A stretch of DNA of 62,675 bases, filler included, from Sphacelaria rigidula (GCA_964200075.2; 5 parts of 5 records of this genome joined end to end with filler, not necessarily neighbours in it); one strand, 5' to 3'; positions 38,298 through 51,581 are shown, counted from the first letter of the whole stretch. Numbers and translations: made by a program. The notes: generated by a model not told the origin, from the letters alone.

Positions 38298-40119
38298 CAC
38301 CCTGGACAATACAATATGTTTTCAATATATATTAGTCGACCATATTGGAACTTTGCGGTATATTGCCGGCGTTATTGATGATTGATTGATTGATTATCTC
38401 ACATTAGCTGATTGCAACAATCCAGCCCGTGGTCAGGAGCAGCAAAAATAGAGCAGAATAATCAAAAATACAAAAATAGAAAGAAAGGAACAGAAAAACG
38501 ACAGATATATATTGGTACCCTTGGACTTGGACTGCACACATATTGCGCGCCCGAAATATATGTACATATATTGATGTCCTGGGACTGCATACATATTGCC
38601 CGCCCAACATATATTAGTACCGTGGGGTTGAACACATATTGTTCCATCAATATATATATATATATATATTGAGGCAGTGTGGACGACGGCAAATTGCACG
38701 ACCAATTCATATTAGGGTCGCATTGGTGAGAACTTGTTGACCGGTCAATATATATTGGGTCTGCGTGGGTGCCAATGTATTGGCCGGTCAATATATATAT
38801 TGGGTATTATAAATATGGTGTATGCTTTGAGAAAGATCCAGACGCGATGGATGCCGGAGCCCGTGCAGATTGGGAAACACTTCGAAGAGAGCCGCAGAAG
38901 TTCGCGTGAATGGCTACGAAGAGTTGTCGAATTCGTTATATATATATATATATACTGGTCAGAAAATATGGAGCTAGAGGAGGCGACCCGGGTATGTATG
39001 CCTTTTGATACCTATCTGGCCACCGGTACGGGGCCGCCCATCCCCTTCACAGCATGTAATATATCTTGGCTAAACATAACGACGACATAAAACGCGGGTC
39101 GACATGCCTCTTTTGGTGGCACTGTGGTCACCGGTGCTGTGTTGCTTACACCCTGGACAATACAATATGTTCCAGTATGATAGCAATACTTTGTGTTGGA
39201 GACAGCGCAAATACTGTCCTTCCAATATATATATTGTGTTGGGATGTTCTCGGAGACATTGAAGCAACAACATATATTTCTCGTGTCATGATCGTGAAGT
39301 AACGCATGACAAAACATATTGGACATACATTTGCTCCGGGAACCAAACATTCAATATATATATTGTGCATGCTGGCCGTGTGTGTTTCGAAAAGTAAATG
39401 AATATTGAGTCGAAGCGATGCGTAGCATATTGTTGCCATAATATATATATGTATATATATATTGAACACCAACCATGCAAACGTGTTGTTTTTTCAGTAT
39501 ATACTGCGCACGCTCATCGCATTGCTATTGTGCAGCCAGTATATATCGAACACGCTCGCGGAGGAATATATTGAGCGTTTTCGGCATGTGGTGATACATC
39601 TTTCAGAGGCGTCCGCGAACATAGAACTGCCCACTATACTAATTTCAATACACTTTCCAATCTGCTGTTGAAAATCAATGTATATATATATATATTGCTA
39701 CACCAATATGTATTGTGACCATCGGTTTCCTCGTGTATTGTCCGCCCAATATATATTGGACGCATTGACGCACGGCATATTGGGGCGGCAATATATACTG
39801 ACGCTTCGGGTGTTGAGTATATTGAATCATCAGCATAAATGTTGACCTCGTGTGGCAGCCAATATATTACTCGACAAATATACATTGGTGTCTTACCGCA
39901 CCAACATGCTACTCGGCCAATATATATTGAGGAGGCGCGTGTCGTGATATATTGTTCTGTCGATATATATTGCATGTCGCGAGACTTGACATACTGATCG
40001 CACAACATATATTGACCCTCTCTCGTGCCATCATATTGCTTGCCCAATATATACTGACCACCCAACGCGTCGTCATATTGAGCGGGCAGTATGTATTGCA
40101 TGTTGTATTGTCCAGGGTG
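38298..40119. mobile_element. Non-autonomous TIR element (CACCCTGGACAATACAA termini, possible TGCA TSD) with a phased internal motif array
   Basis: The 17-bp TIRs are at 38298 and at 40103-40119, with a third TIR copy at 39149. TGCA flanks both ends. The interior has repeated ATATTG-N6-CAATATATATTG units. CAC...GTG termini are typical of the CMC (CACTA/Mirage/Chapaev) group, but this assignment is an inference. Confidence 0.75.
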
Positions 40120-40129
40120 TGCAATATTG

Positions 40130-40560
40130 TGCGGGGTGGAGAACCTCAACTCCGCACAATGGGGATGATCGTACTACTTAGTGTTTTAATGGTGAGACAC
40201 CCACGAGGCAGTGTATAAGCCGTGGCTGTCTCTGGAAGTGGCGATACCAGAAAATGAAGCAACTCATCGCAGGCTGTCATCCATATGCGAGGTAATCAAG
40301 ACGCTTCGGACCGAACAATCGTAGCAGGATGCAGCTCACCCTTCATGCGACTCCCCAACACATCACGGCGCTTCGCGCTCGGTGATTGATTGCGAGCCTG
40401 GTCCGACCAAACCCTGCGTGCTCCGTCCCGGCTTCGCAGGGATACGAGGTCAATGGTCATGTGACTACGACATGCAATAGCATGCTTACGCCTCCTCATC
40501 GTAGGATCACGCCATCCTCGTCCTTCCCATATCTCTCGCTCTCTACGTTTTGCCTCGCCA
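40130..40560. repeat. High-copy repeat, same family as the ends of contigs 1 and 2
   Basis: Matches 24775-25011 and 12330-12456. Confidence 0.8.
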
Positions 40561-41244
40561 GTCTCCATCCTCGTTCCACATGTCTGAATCACCTTCTCAT
40601 GTCCCTAATTCTGATATATTCCTTCCGTCCCTTCTCATGCACATCCAGCTGCCTGTCCAAGCCACCTTGGATCACCTGTTCGAGACTTCTGCACGCTGCT
40701 CGCTGCTCGCGAGGTGCGCCATGCGGCGTTACCTCTAAGTCCTCCTCGCACCCGTCAATCTCGTCCTTTCCCTCTCATCTCAGGCCTATTCGAATTCCGT
40801 TCGGGTGGCAGCATCCTCGAACCACTCCGACATACGTGGCTTTCGAGTCTGACGAAGGCTTCTCAGCGGAGATCAGGAACATGTCGGCGTAGTTGCAGCC
40901 AGTGCCATGACTGCACCGCCAGTTCTACCCTGCTTGAGCTCGCTGATGATGAGCTGAGTGAGTTGCTCACGTCTATCGGCGGCAGACGTTGTTGCCCGCC
41001 TGTCTACCGGTCTGTGCCCAGTGGGGGTTCGTCGAGGTCCATTACGTGCGAACCGACCGAAGAGTCGCAGTGAGGCGCATACAATATTGTGATCAAAGAC
41101 CGGCGAGTGGGGCGGTTGAAGGTGGGGACGGCGACACCGCAAACAAGCCAGCGGTAATGTTACCGTGAGAGAATGTAGGCGATCGTGCTTTTTGTCCGCA
41201 GGGACGATTCACAATAATTTGAACGTACGCGACGTGCCTCCCTT

Positions 41245-41312
41245 GGGGGGCGTACTCATTTGTTGCTTGCCTTAGTCATTTGACCATTGACCACGCATCC
41301 CTTTCGAGACGG
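41245..41312 (-). mobile_element. 3' end fragment of the LINE family at 48150-50040
   Basis: Near reverse complement of 49980-50045 (gtctcgaaagg.atgcgtggt.aatggtcaaatgactaa.gcaagcaac.aatgagtac). Confidence 0.75.
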
Positions 41313-41659
41313 TGCCTCCCTTGGGGATGAGGAAAAGAAAAAAAAAACATTGACAGGCCTATCTATTGCCACATGCAACTTGTAGCAAAGAGATGCCATT
41401 GTTGTCGTCGGCTCCAGTGCCATTGCTGTAGTTGGCTCGGGTGTCCCGGCCGTATGCCCCCGCTATTTCACAGCCCTCCTCTTCTGTTCTTCCTCAGTCC
41501 TAGCGTCAGCGTCGATAAAGACAAAGGTGGTGATTTTTGACAACTCGGTTCACTGTGCTGCCCAACTCAGTCCAGAATATATATACACACACATTTATAT
41601 ATATATATATGTATATCTTTTACGGCGATGTATCTGTCGGAGCATAGGTGACCACAACC

Positions 41660-42010
41660 GTGCTAGTGTTCGATTTACCTGCCAGGCCAAAAGGCATATC
41701 AGTATGAGGCGTTCGCTGATGAGCGCCTGAGTGTACCTAGCCCTTTCGATGATTGACTCCTTGACCGCCAACCCAACCCCATGCCATCTAGCCCTTTCCT
41801 TGCCCCCTTCCGCCCCGCAGAAGAAGACACGGTATCCCGTGGCAACGAACTCAGTTCGCCCCGGTCTCCTTTCCTCCTGGACTCCGATGACGCCACAACC
41901 CACCGCTTGACATTTCTACAAAACCAGCTTAGCATGGCCAGCGCCGTTCTTACCAGTGCCGAACAGTGTACGGACGTTGTAGGTCGCCACTTTGAGTTTC
42001 CCCATAGACG
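41660..42010 (-). mobile_element. LINE (RTE-like) apurinic endonuclease domain fragment, degenerate
   Basis: The translation KVATYNVRTL...VIGVQEERRPGRTEFVATGYRVFFCG...HGVGLAVKESII...ISERL contains the APE motifs NVR, QE and GVG. Confidence 0.8.
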
Positions 42011-42222
42011 ATCGAGCTCTAGCTTCACCTTAATCCACACGCTTTGCTTTTTTTTCGCCTCAGTTTTCTCAGCCTGATCTTGTAATCTTACGCGCGAGCT
42101 TTCTTTTTCCGTTTCGATTTTTTCCTGTCCGATATATCAGATTTTTCTGCCCCTCGACATTTCAGCTCATAAGCCTCTCGTATGAGTCTATACTATTTGC
42201 GCACGTACAACCGTGACGGTGG

Positions 42223-42254
<32 letters not shown>

Positions 42255-42259
42255 TGAAG

Positions 42260-45200
42260 GTGTGGATGCTGACTGGAGACAGGGTGGATACCGCCATCAA
42301 CATCGGACACAGCTGCAGCCTTCTCAGCACGGAAATGGTGACGCTTCGCTTCTGCGCTGACGACGAAGAGGAGAAGGAGAAGGAGCAGGAGTCGCACGAA
42401 ACGAATGAAAGCGAGGTGAATACCAGCCGAAAGCCATGTTCTGTGTAACTTGAGGGGCGAAACTGAGGATTCATACCGCAGCGGCAACACCCACCGACTC
42501 GATCCCTCCGTGTTGGCGATAAACACTCCAGTAAGCGAGTTTAATCGCTGGCGCCGTGTGGCACGTCCGACTGACAGGCTGCGCTGGTTGCCGCGGGGTA
42601 CATGAGGGCACAAACATCGAGATTCGATGGGCGTGAGGAGGCAGCGGCAGACATGATGGTGGACGGTGCCAGGCTTGACCTTGATGCCTCGGGCGTTCCG
42701 TCCGAAAGTTCAACACGGAGGTGAGGGATCCCACAAAGCTGGACTGTCCTGGGTGCTACACTTTGCGGGATCGTCCCGACGTGCTTAGGTATGCTCGCTT
42801 CGCGGGATCATTGCAACTATGCTAAGACACCCAAGAGAAAGCAGTGGTTGCGGTTGTCACAGCCATGTCGGTCTTTTCGCTACTCGTATGTATGCAGTTC
42901 GATTTCTTTTTACATCAAACGCGTCGGACGTGCGAATACTTGGATGCACCGGCCGTTACATTAGTTCGGGTCGTTATCTACAACAAGAGTTACAGTACTA
43001 CTCTCTTCAGTGGGCTCGCGTTTACGGGCAAACAAAGCGCTGCACGAGCCAAACAGGGGCTTTGGGGGGGGACAGGGAAGGGGGGGTACAAAAAGATCTA
43101 CTTCATCGTTTCCGAGACGTCGCGCTTGTGAGTGCTTCCCCGCCTGCAACACGGCGTTTTTACATCTTGTCTCGTGGTCCAGTTTGCTGACGGAGTTAGT
43201 ATATCGGGTCGTGGATTCTGACGGAATGGGCAACGGGGGGACACCGGCGGTGACGTTTGCTCTCGTCGTCGACACCTATGCTCTGAACGTGAGTGTACGT
43301 CCTAATAGATTTTTCTGGGAAAACCGCCTCATGCATATGCATCGCGTGGCAGCGGCCGTCGGAGCTGCCAGGCATGTTCACTGGACCTTTGACCTCGAAC
43401 GTCGAGACCGTTTGACACAGAGGCTTACATTCGCTGCTGATAATAGGGAAAGGTTTCTGCCCGAGCAAATGTGTCGGCATTCAAATCAAAGTCGGGAAGG
43501 CACCGTACACCATGGACTACGACCACAGATGGTTGAACACATCCACATTGGACCAAAGCTAAAGCCAGGACTTCATTTTCATCTCAATGCCAACAGCTTC
43601 GGTTATGTTGCGTTATTCTGCGATGTCTATATGGACATAACTACACGTACCGTCCTTCGTAGTGTGCACTCCGATGCTCACTCAGATGTTTTTGATTTCG
43701 AAACGTAGGGTCAAAATCGTCACTCTTCCTCTTCTGTCACTTGCCGCCTGTTGGCTCACTCGTGCCGTGTCAGGGTGTTTGCCAATACAGACTGGCGGCA
43801 GAGTTTGTGCATTTGTGTTCCCTGTGCGCCAGCGTAGTGTGCGCCAGAGTCAGCCCCCGCCAAAAGAGCTTGGTTGTGAGCATGGTGCGGAGCGCGTCTC
43901 CTAAAGTGGTGACCCTGAGCATTGGAGACGGTGCGAACGACGTCCCCATGATACAGGTGCCACCCGTCTAAAGTGTCGGTAGTTGTGGCAGCGGGTAGTG
44001 ATGGCGGTAGTATAAAGTAGTGTAATCTAGTGTCCTCTGGTGTCATCCAGTGTAATCCATTGTCATGTAGTGCCATGCATTGTAAAGGTGTAGATGAGCC
44101 ATCTAGTACGGTAGTGTGGTATTTGTTTGAGGCGGTGCTTCGTACCTTTCATACGTAATGGCGATGTGTGTGTACGCACGCTACTGCCTGTAGGAGGTGT
44201 GCTACTATACGTTCGTTTCGTGGTAGCATACTTGCCGCCATGTCTCGGTCGTCGTGAGCGGTACAGCAGAGACTACCTAGGGCGGAAGAGTGCGGTTGAA
44301 TCTCTGAAAATACATTCTGGGTATTTTCTGAGACGTATCTGATTTTCGCCGTTACAAACGTAAGGACGTGACATCAACACCTTTTTTTCTTTGTTCGACG
44401 AGCGTCGACTCGGCGAGGGAGTGCTGATCGCATCTACGATACAGTAATAAAACACGTGTACTGCGGGAGAGGTGAGTCGATCCTTCGAGCAAGGGGAGGG
44501 GCTGAAATATGACGGATCTAGGAGATGAAAAAGGGGGTATCTCATGGAGCCCTCTAAAGGTTGTTCGCGATCTTGGGATTCTTCTCGCCAGCGCGAAACA
44601 AGGGTTCGTGCCATGTATAGTTTAGCCCCCCCCTCCCCTCCGCCCCCCCGCCCTTCCGCAGGGGCTTCGACACTGCGAAAGCCCTTTTTGATTTGAACTG
44701 TTGGACTCGTCCAACGTTGCGCTGTGCGTTTGGGTAGAGATGTTGGGGTCTTTATGCGGTGTCTCACGGCATATAGCTCCTTCCCTACACAAAAAAAAGC
44801 TCATCTCATACGGAACCTACCTCGTCCATCACCCTCAAAACGCTCAAAATCCAGCTAGTTCGCTGGGCCGATGGTGACGTGATCAACGATATCGAAAAAG
44901 CTTAATCATAGCGAACGTCTGACGGAAGAAGTAAAAAATAAAAACGACGTTTTGCGCTTGACGCTTCACTGTGTTGCGTTGTGTGTACAGACTGCTCACG
45001 TCGGAGTAGGTATGCACGGGCTCGAGGGAGCTCAGGCGGTGAACAACTCCGACTACAGCCTCGGACAGTTCCGGTTTTTGAAGAAGCTCCTGCTGGTCCA
45101 CGGCCGCTGGAGCTACCGCCGCATATGTAAGGTGTGGTGTAGTGCCGAATAACGTCAAGTGATATACATCTACGACAAAATCGAGTTAATCCCGACGGGT

Positions 45201-46707
45201 TCCTAGCGAGAAATGGGAAAGATTTTGTTCATCTTGCCCAAGCGGACTTCCTCTTCCTCAATCCCCTTCCTTTTTATGAAGCAGAGAGGCGGGTGCGACA
45301 GACCTGTTATCGTGCCGCGTGCAACACGGGAAAAATGTTCCGCCTGTCACTGACCGTTTCGATCCCCCCCACACACCCACCACACCCAATTTTGGTTGCA
45401 GGTCGAGTTGTGACTTCTGTGTGCGGACGGACACCGCCCTTTCCCTGCCCCCCCCATCCCCGTTCCCTCCTATATCCCCTTGATCCGTACTCTTGAAAAC
45501 CCGTGGTGAGTGGGCGAAGAGGAAGAGCACCCAAAAACATGAGCATTGGCCTCCCCTATTGAGGACGCGCGACGCATGTGTACGTTCTTAGCTAAGGCGC
45601 GAAAAAGCTGCTTACTCTCTGCCCCCGCCTGTTCTCCCGTCGTCGCCCTCCGACCGGCTACCCTCGACGACGCGCCCCGCCTCGGTCCCCACCCAACCCG
45701 TCGTTCACACACTCTCGGGACTTCTTGACATTGTGCATTGAAAATCGGACGCTTAACCCCCCATGGTACTCGGCAGGTGACAGTGTACGTGTTCTACAAG
45801 AATGCCCTACTGGTCCTGCCGCAGTTCTACTTCTCTTTCATGTCGCTTTCATCCGGGCAGAATTTCTACTACGATGTGCTGTACCAGGCCTACAACGTGT
45901 TCTACACCAGCCTGCCCATAATTGTGCTTGGCGTTTTTGATCAGGCAAGGGGGGGTGCGAATTTCGCCTTTATCCGGTAAGAAAAGATGACAGTGTGTCA
46001 TATATTCATACATATACATGTATGTATGTATATGGCGAAATTGGTTTGGCCTCGATAACAAAGGTAGTACCGTTGCTTCCCAACGTGGAGAGCTTTGCTA
46101 ACCGCGCTTAGTTTTTTTTTTTTTTTAATCCTTCTGGAAGGTACTAGTGCAACCCTGCAAATAAGATGGACGAAGCAAGACCGTGTCATGTATTTCGACT
46201 TCGAATGGTCCTATAGGGTAAAGGTCTAACGTGAATAATAAAACGCGTACAAGAACAAAATAGAGAAACCTACAGCAAAAGACTTGAAAGAAACGAAAAC
46301 ACTAATGCCAATAATGGAAGAAGAAGTAAATGCCCTACGGTGTAGCATGCAAAAAAACACCGAGTCAACGACTGCGATTATATACATATCGTGCGAAGCA
46401 GCGAGAAACGGTAAAGTACCAATGGTACAAGAGGCAAGGAAGGGAACAACTCAATCTAATGGGCAACAATTCGTTTTCGCTCGTTTCCCTTACCTGTCGC
46501 TTGTCGCAGACAGTGGACTATTGACAATCAATTATTGCAAAATTACGTCTTTCCATTCTATCCTTCAAGACCCTCGTCCGTCGATGATCGTTGTTCCACC
46601 TGGCGTTCGATCGAGTAGGATGTGTCGGCCGGCGTGTCCTTGGCGCATCCGATCCTGTACCGTGATGGAGCAGAGCACGCATTCCTAACACGGGCCATCT
46701 TCTGGAG
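42260..46707 (+). CDS. P4-type ATPase (phospholipid flippase), partial; exons 42260-42415, 42578-42720, 43183-43288, 43774-43956, 44991-45131, 45777-45944 and 46619-46707
   Basis: Motifs [95 protein letters not shown] and FYKN...YNVFYTSLP...FDQ|DVS are diagnostic of the ALA/Drs2/ATP8 family. Splice phases are consistent. The 5' and 3' exons were not found in this contig. Confidence 0.95.
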
Positions 46708-47574
46708 GTACACAACACAAAGATACGATCTTCAAGTTATCGAGATCCTGTAGGTTCGCCTTGCTGTATGTAGTATTGACCAACACCATAGCCTGTGCTC
46801 CTCAGTGTCTGACTCCCTCAACCCCCAAGCGTAACGATTCCGAGATAACGAGCTGATTGTCCCGGGATTCGGAAGATGACCGATTGGCGCAGGCATAGGT
46901 GAGCGTCTGTTGCCCATGAGTGCGATGCAACTTAAAAGTTTGAAACACGCTAGTTTTGAGCGCTAGAGCTCGTCACCGGACTGTCGAGTGACGGTCGTCA
47001 TTCCGGTTATCACCGCAGATAATTTTTCAGCTAGCTGGCGTCCGCCCAGCAATAAGCCGGACATAAAAACGCGCCCCAGGGTACGGGTTGCAAAATACAC
47101 GACTGCGGGTGCTCTTGGGGCGATCGCTGTTCGTGAACCATGCGTTGTGTCCACGTACCCATGGTTATCGCTGGTGCATGCACGACTAACTTTGACGCAA
47201 TACACAGGTGTGACACCGGTCCTTTTCGTCCCTCAGCGCCCCTATCCCCATGCAGGCTTTATTTTCCCATCAATAAAGTCTCCCTTCCTTCCTCCCCAAA
47301 TAGTGCAGTCTCCAGATACCTGAGTTGCATCCTGCTTCCATGGCCTTGCTTCTTGTACGGCTTCACGTTGAAGCCTTGGCATGGGCTTTCCGGGGGGGGG
47401 GGGGGGGGGGGGCAGGGTTTGGGGAACCGCAAAATGTTCTTCCCCGGGGTTGTGTTGTTTTTTTTGTGTGTTTTTTCCCCCTTTTTNNNNNNNNNNGGGG
47501 GCGGTGGGCGGGGGTAGGGTCGACGCGGCAGGATTGTCGGAACCGTCAATAGTTCTTCACCTGGCGTCTGTGTG

Positions 47575-47934
47575 TCTTGTTGTGTGTTATCATCCCATCT
47601 ATTCTGGACGCCCGTTTACACCTGTCGGTCACACAGGAGGGAGGTCAAGACAGGAACTTTTTCCTTCTCATTTTGTTTTAGTTCTCCACGTTCCTTCTGC
47701 GATACGTGTCTTATTTGTTTCTCGCGAGGGGGATTCAGCGGTCCCTTTCCCTCGTCGACCGTTGAGTCGAATTTTTCGTGTACCCACCACATAATCGCTC
47801 TCTACTGTTGTTGTTGAGCCTCATGGTGTGAGAAAAAATTCGACATCGTGTGACTGCACCGAGACAGATTCGAACCCACGATCTCACTGTCAGAAAGTTT
47901 TCGAGGTTACCAACTGAGTCACCGGGGCGACCGG
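47575..47934 (-). mobile_element. tRNA-derived SINE
   Basis: The reverse strand reads CCGGTCGCCCCGGTGACTCAGTTGG (A-box) and GGTTCGAATC (B-box), with the family body and tail. Confidence 0.85.
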
Positions 47935-48149
47935 CGTCTGCGCCACAATTATTTCTGCGTATCTCCCTTTGTATCCCCTTTCATTGTTCGGCCTATTGGC
48001 TTATTTGGAGCGAATGTTTGCGTGGGTTTTTCTCGGACCCGTCCATCGTGTGACCACACTTGCATCCGTAGTGAATCTGAAATATGTAAGGTGATCAATC
48101 AATCACTCGATCGATACCAAACAGGCCGTAGTTCGAACCGACGTTTGGT

Positions 48150-50040
48150 GCGCAGCGTGGGCATCATTTTGGGACGAGCATTTCAAGCGACAGATATACC
48201 AGGAAACGTTGCCTTCTCTCTCTCCTCCCCCCTCCCCCCTGAACAAGAGAGTGGGAGCGGTGATGAAGAAGTGAGAAAACCACAATGAGGGGCGAGCAGG
48301 GTGTAGACCATGTGTACACATTAGATGAGACTATTCGAGGTAGGGGAGACGCGGGGTTGATAACGTACTGCTTCTTTCTAGACGTACGGAAGGACAAACT
48401 ACACGGCATGGAGAAATGGGCTGTGGAAAAAGATATGGAAAACTGGGATCAGAGAGAAGACGTGGAGAAAGTTGGAACAGATGGTAGAATGTGCGAGAAG
48501 TGCTACGACGCAAGGCGGGGAAATATCTATTGATATTGGCGTTTCGCAAGGAGTTGCATAAGGATGTACATTATCACCCCCTTTATTAAAAGGTTTTTGT
48601 AAATGGCATAATAAGATCAATAGAGGCAGCAAAGCGAGGAGTCAAGATGGGGGAAGATAGGGTACTGTATCGGGATTGATATTCGAGGATGGTTCCGTGG
48701 GGATATTAGAAACAACAGAAGGATTGCAGCAACACGAAGATAAGGCGCTAGAGTACACTAGGAAATGGAGACCGACAGCGAAGGTAAATAAATACGCGGT
48801 AGTTGTATGTAAAGAACATAAGGGGAACCTGGTGGAGTTTAAATGGAATTGAGAAGAGCAACTGCCGATCGTAGACCAGTATGCATACCTTGGCGCAGAG
48901 ATGTAAATATACTGATCTTAGTATATACACAGGAAGAAGTAAAGGGAAAGGGTAAGGCACAGATAAGCAAGGTGGACGTTATCCCCAGAGACACACATCT
49001 CGGTACTAGGAATAAGAGATGAATCCTGATGAATGTGGTTGTACCGAAGCTAGCGTATGCAGGAGAAGCATGGGAACGGAACGCGAAGTTGGGAAGAAGC
49101 TGGATACAGTACAGACAGCAACAGCTAGGAAAATACTTGGGACTCTCAAAACGACGACAAAATACGGTGTTGAGAGCAGAATTGGGAATATATCAAGTTC
49201 AAACGAATAGAGACGCGAGATAATTGAACGGCAATATAACGTAAGGAACATGCCGAGGACGAGATTGCCAGCCACAGGTGATAGGGCTGTATGGAAGAAA
49301 GTAACGATAGGAGAGGTTGAAATAAGGTGGAATAGCGTAGTCGAGAAATCATGGAAAAAAACTGGAGGAAACCAAGACGAGATAATGTCCATGGGTAAAC
49401 TTGAGGGGTACAAGACAAAAGTAAGAAACATGATATAAATGAGGGGAAAACAAACGCCAAGACGGGAAGTAGATGAGGAAGAGCACCTCAAGACATATGG
49501 GGGGGTTAAGAGAGGAGATAGGGATGAAAATATATCTGCATGGCCCAATGAGATACACGAGAAAGTCGAAAGTAGTTTTTCGGGTGAAAGACCTCGATCT
49601 GTTCGAAAAAAAAAATAGGTATGCCAGTAGTCGGGTAGAAGAGCAGGAAGCGGATGCACAGAAGGGTTCCCTGTGGTGAAGCAATGGAGAGTAAAACTCG
49701 TATAGTGGGAAAATGTGAACTATGCAAGCAGGAACCGAACATGTTGGAGAGGAAATGTAGGAAGTGGGCGAGGTTGGCATGGAACCGCTTGGTACGTTAT
49801 TGCTTGGTACGTGAAACAGTAGCGAGGAAACGATGGCTATACTAGGAGGTAGATCGTGGCCACAGACGGCAAAGCAGGGAGGGGAAAAGGTTCTAAAAGC
49901 GTTTGATTTCATGTATGGGAGATGTATAATGAGTGCCGAAATGTTGGAGGCGTCTGTATTAGGAGTAGGAACGATGCTGCGTCTCGAAAGGATGCGTGGT
50001 AAATGGTCAAATGACTAAAGCAAGCAACGAATGAGTACCC
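48150..50040 (+). mobile_element. 5'-truncated, degenerate LINE reverse transcriptase and 3' end
   Basis: Frameshifted translation gives DHVYTLDETIRGR...YCFFLDVRK, WRNGLWKKIW, QGVA*GCTLSP, GLIFEDG and GLQQHEDKALEYTRKWR, which are non-LTR RT subdomains. Confidence 0.85.
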
Positions 50041-50121
50041 CCCCCCCGGCGCGGGGATGAGTACGGCCCCCCGCCCCCCCCCCCCCCCCCCCCCCCCCCC
50101 CGCCGCCGGGCGCCAACCCGC

Positions 50122-50221
50122 NNNNNNNNNNNNNNNNNNNNNNNNNNNNNNNNNNNNNNNNNNNNTTAATTAATTAANNNNNNNNNNNNNNNNNNNNNNN
50201 NNNNNNNNNNNNNNNNNNNNN
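50122..50221. other. Artificial contig linker
   Basis: N44-TTAATTAATTAA-N44. Confidence 0.98.
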
Positions 50222-51581
50222 ACGAGCGTACATTCGCCGGGTGTGTCATGTAGGCTGGGCGGATGTTGGTCGACTTCCTCGTCATGTTCATCGTTCTACA
50301 ATTTCAGCGGATGTTTGACTCGCCCTGTGCAAGTGTATTTGTTGTTCCGTGGGTATGCCTCTTCATTTCATGAATATGCACGATTTTCATCGGACTCCTA
50401 GGATATCGTGTCCCAAGAGGGAATGAAAACAAACCGTCGGTCGTCACCCACCACTACCGATACAACGGACGCGTGTCTTTGGACGGGTTGGTGCACTGAA
50501 AGACATGAATGGGGCTCCGGTGCCATGTGGCTTCAGCAAAAGTGGGCTGACGACTTTATGCTGTCTTCTGTGTCGCCTTGACGCAGTATAGTTGACCATT
50601 GGGGAGGATAAGTTGATCCATCTTGATATTATTGCGAACACCGAAATCCGGATCTTTTCATGGGAGCTGTGCCTTTACCATTCTCTGTGGCTTTCTTTTC
50701 TCCGTCAGTTCAGAGTTTGTCCACACTTGCCGCCAGGTGAGATGAGATACAAAGCTACGCTATCGACGGTGGCGTGGTGATGGCACCGGGTGCAGGAGAA
50801 CGAGCGCTACTCTTGCCACTATCACAAGCGATGCACAGACGTGCGGGTAAATATCCGCACACACGGAAGCCTCTAGGGGTTTGGTCAAAGGTTCAATTCT
50901 GCACCTACCTGTCGAACATTCCACACATGTGATGTATCAACCATCTGCAGTATCAAGAGTCATCCATGAGTGTAATCTATTCTGAGGCCGTCGGACAGGG
51001 GTGACGTGTTCGCATGTCGTGAAAACCGGCGAGGGTTGGAGGTGCTGGTTTGCGCCCGTAGCCCAAACGGTTGCCCCAATTACTCATCGTCAAGGCCATC
51101 GATTGGGATGCGATTTTTTGTATCATGTGCGCCAAGACGGCAGCTAAAAACTCGGTGAACCTTTTTTTTATCTCATCGGGATTGAAGTTTTATAACGAAA
51201 TAAGTGGTAAAAACATGTTTTTTTTGCGATTTTTTTAATAACCACAACTCCTTTGGTTCCACAATCTTTCCAGATTGTAGCTTGGACAAATACACGCAGG
51301 TGAGTAGCCTAGGTACGCTGTGGTTCGTAGCCCGGGACAACGAAAATGGGAAATCGTCGAGTGGAAACCTCACTCAAATCACAAGTACTTGGGGGGATTT
51401 TACGGCGTGCATAATCAGGGGATGAACGAGATTTCCGGTCTGTTCGTGCTTTTGGTCGGTGACACTTTTTTGGCTCATTTTGGGGGGTCAGGCGCGCCCA
51501 TAACTGTTTCATGTATATGCAGGACACGTCATTCCTAATCAGCCTCGTTGGTCGTTCTGGAGACCCACTCCCAAAAGGGTC

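Noticed and set aside
39690-40100. CRISPR array call for the interspaced repeats
   Set aside because: The repeats are short and degenerate, the spacers are only 18-19 nt, there are no cas genes, the context is eukaryotic, and TIRs enclose the array. Reported as a finding instead.
43010-43708. 232-aa ORF as an independent gene
   Set aside because: Only 43183-43288 is a flippase exon. The rest is intron read-through.
31961-46707. Joining the contig-3 exons to the P4-ATPase
   Set aside because: An artificial linker separates them, and the peptides lack P-type ATPase motifs.
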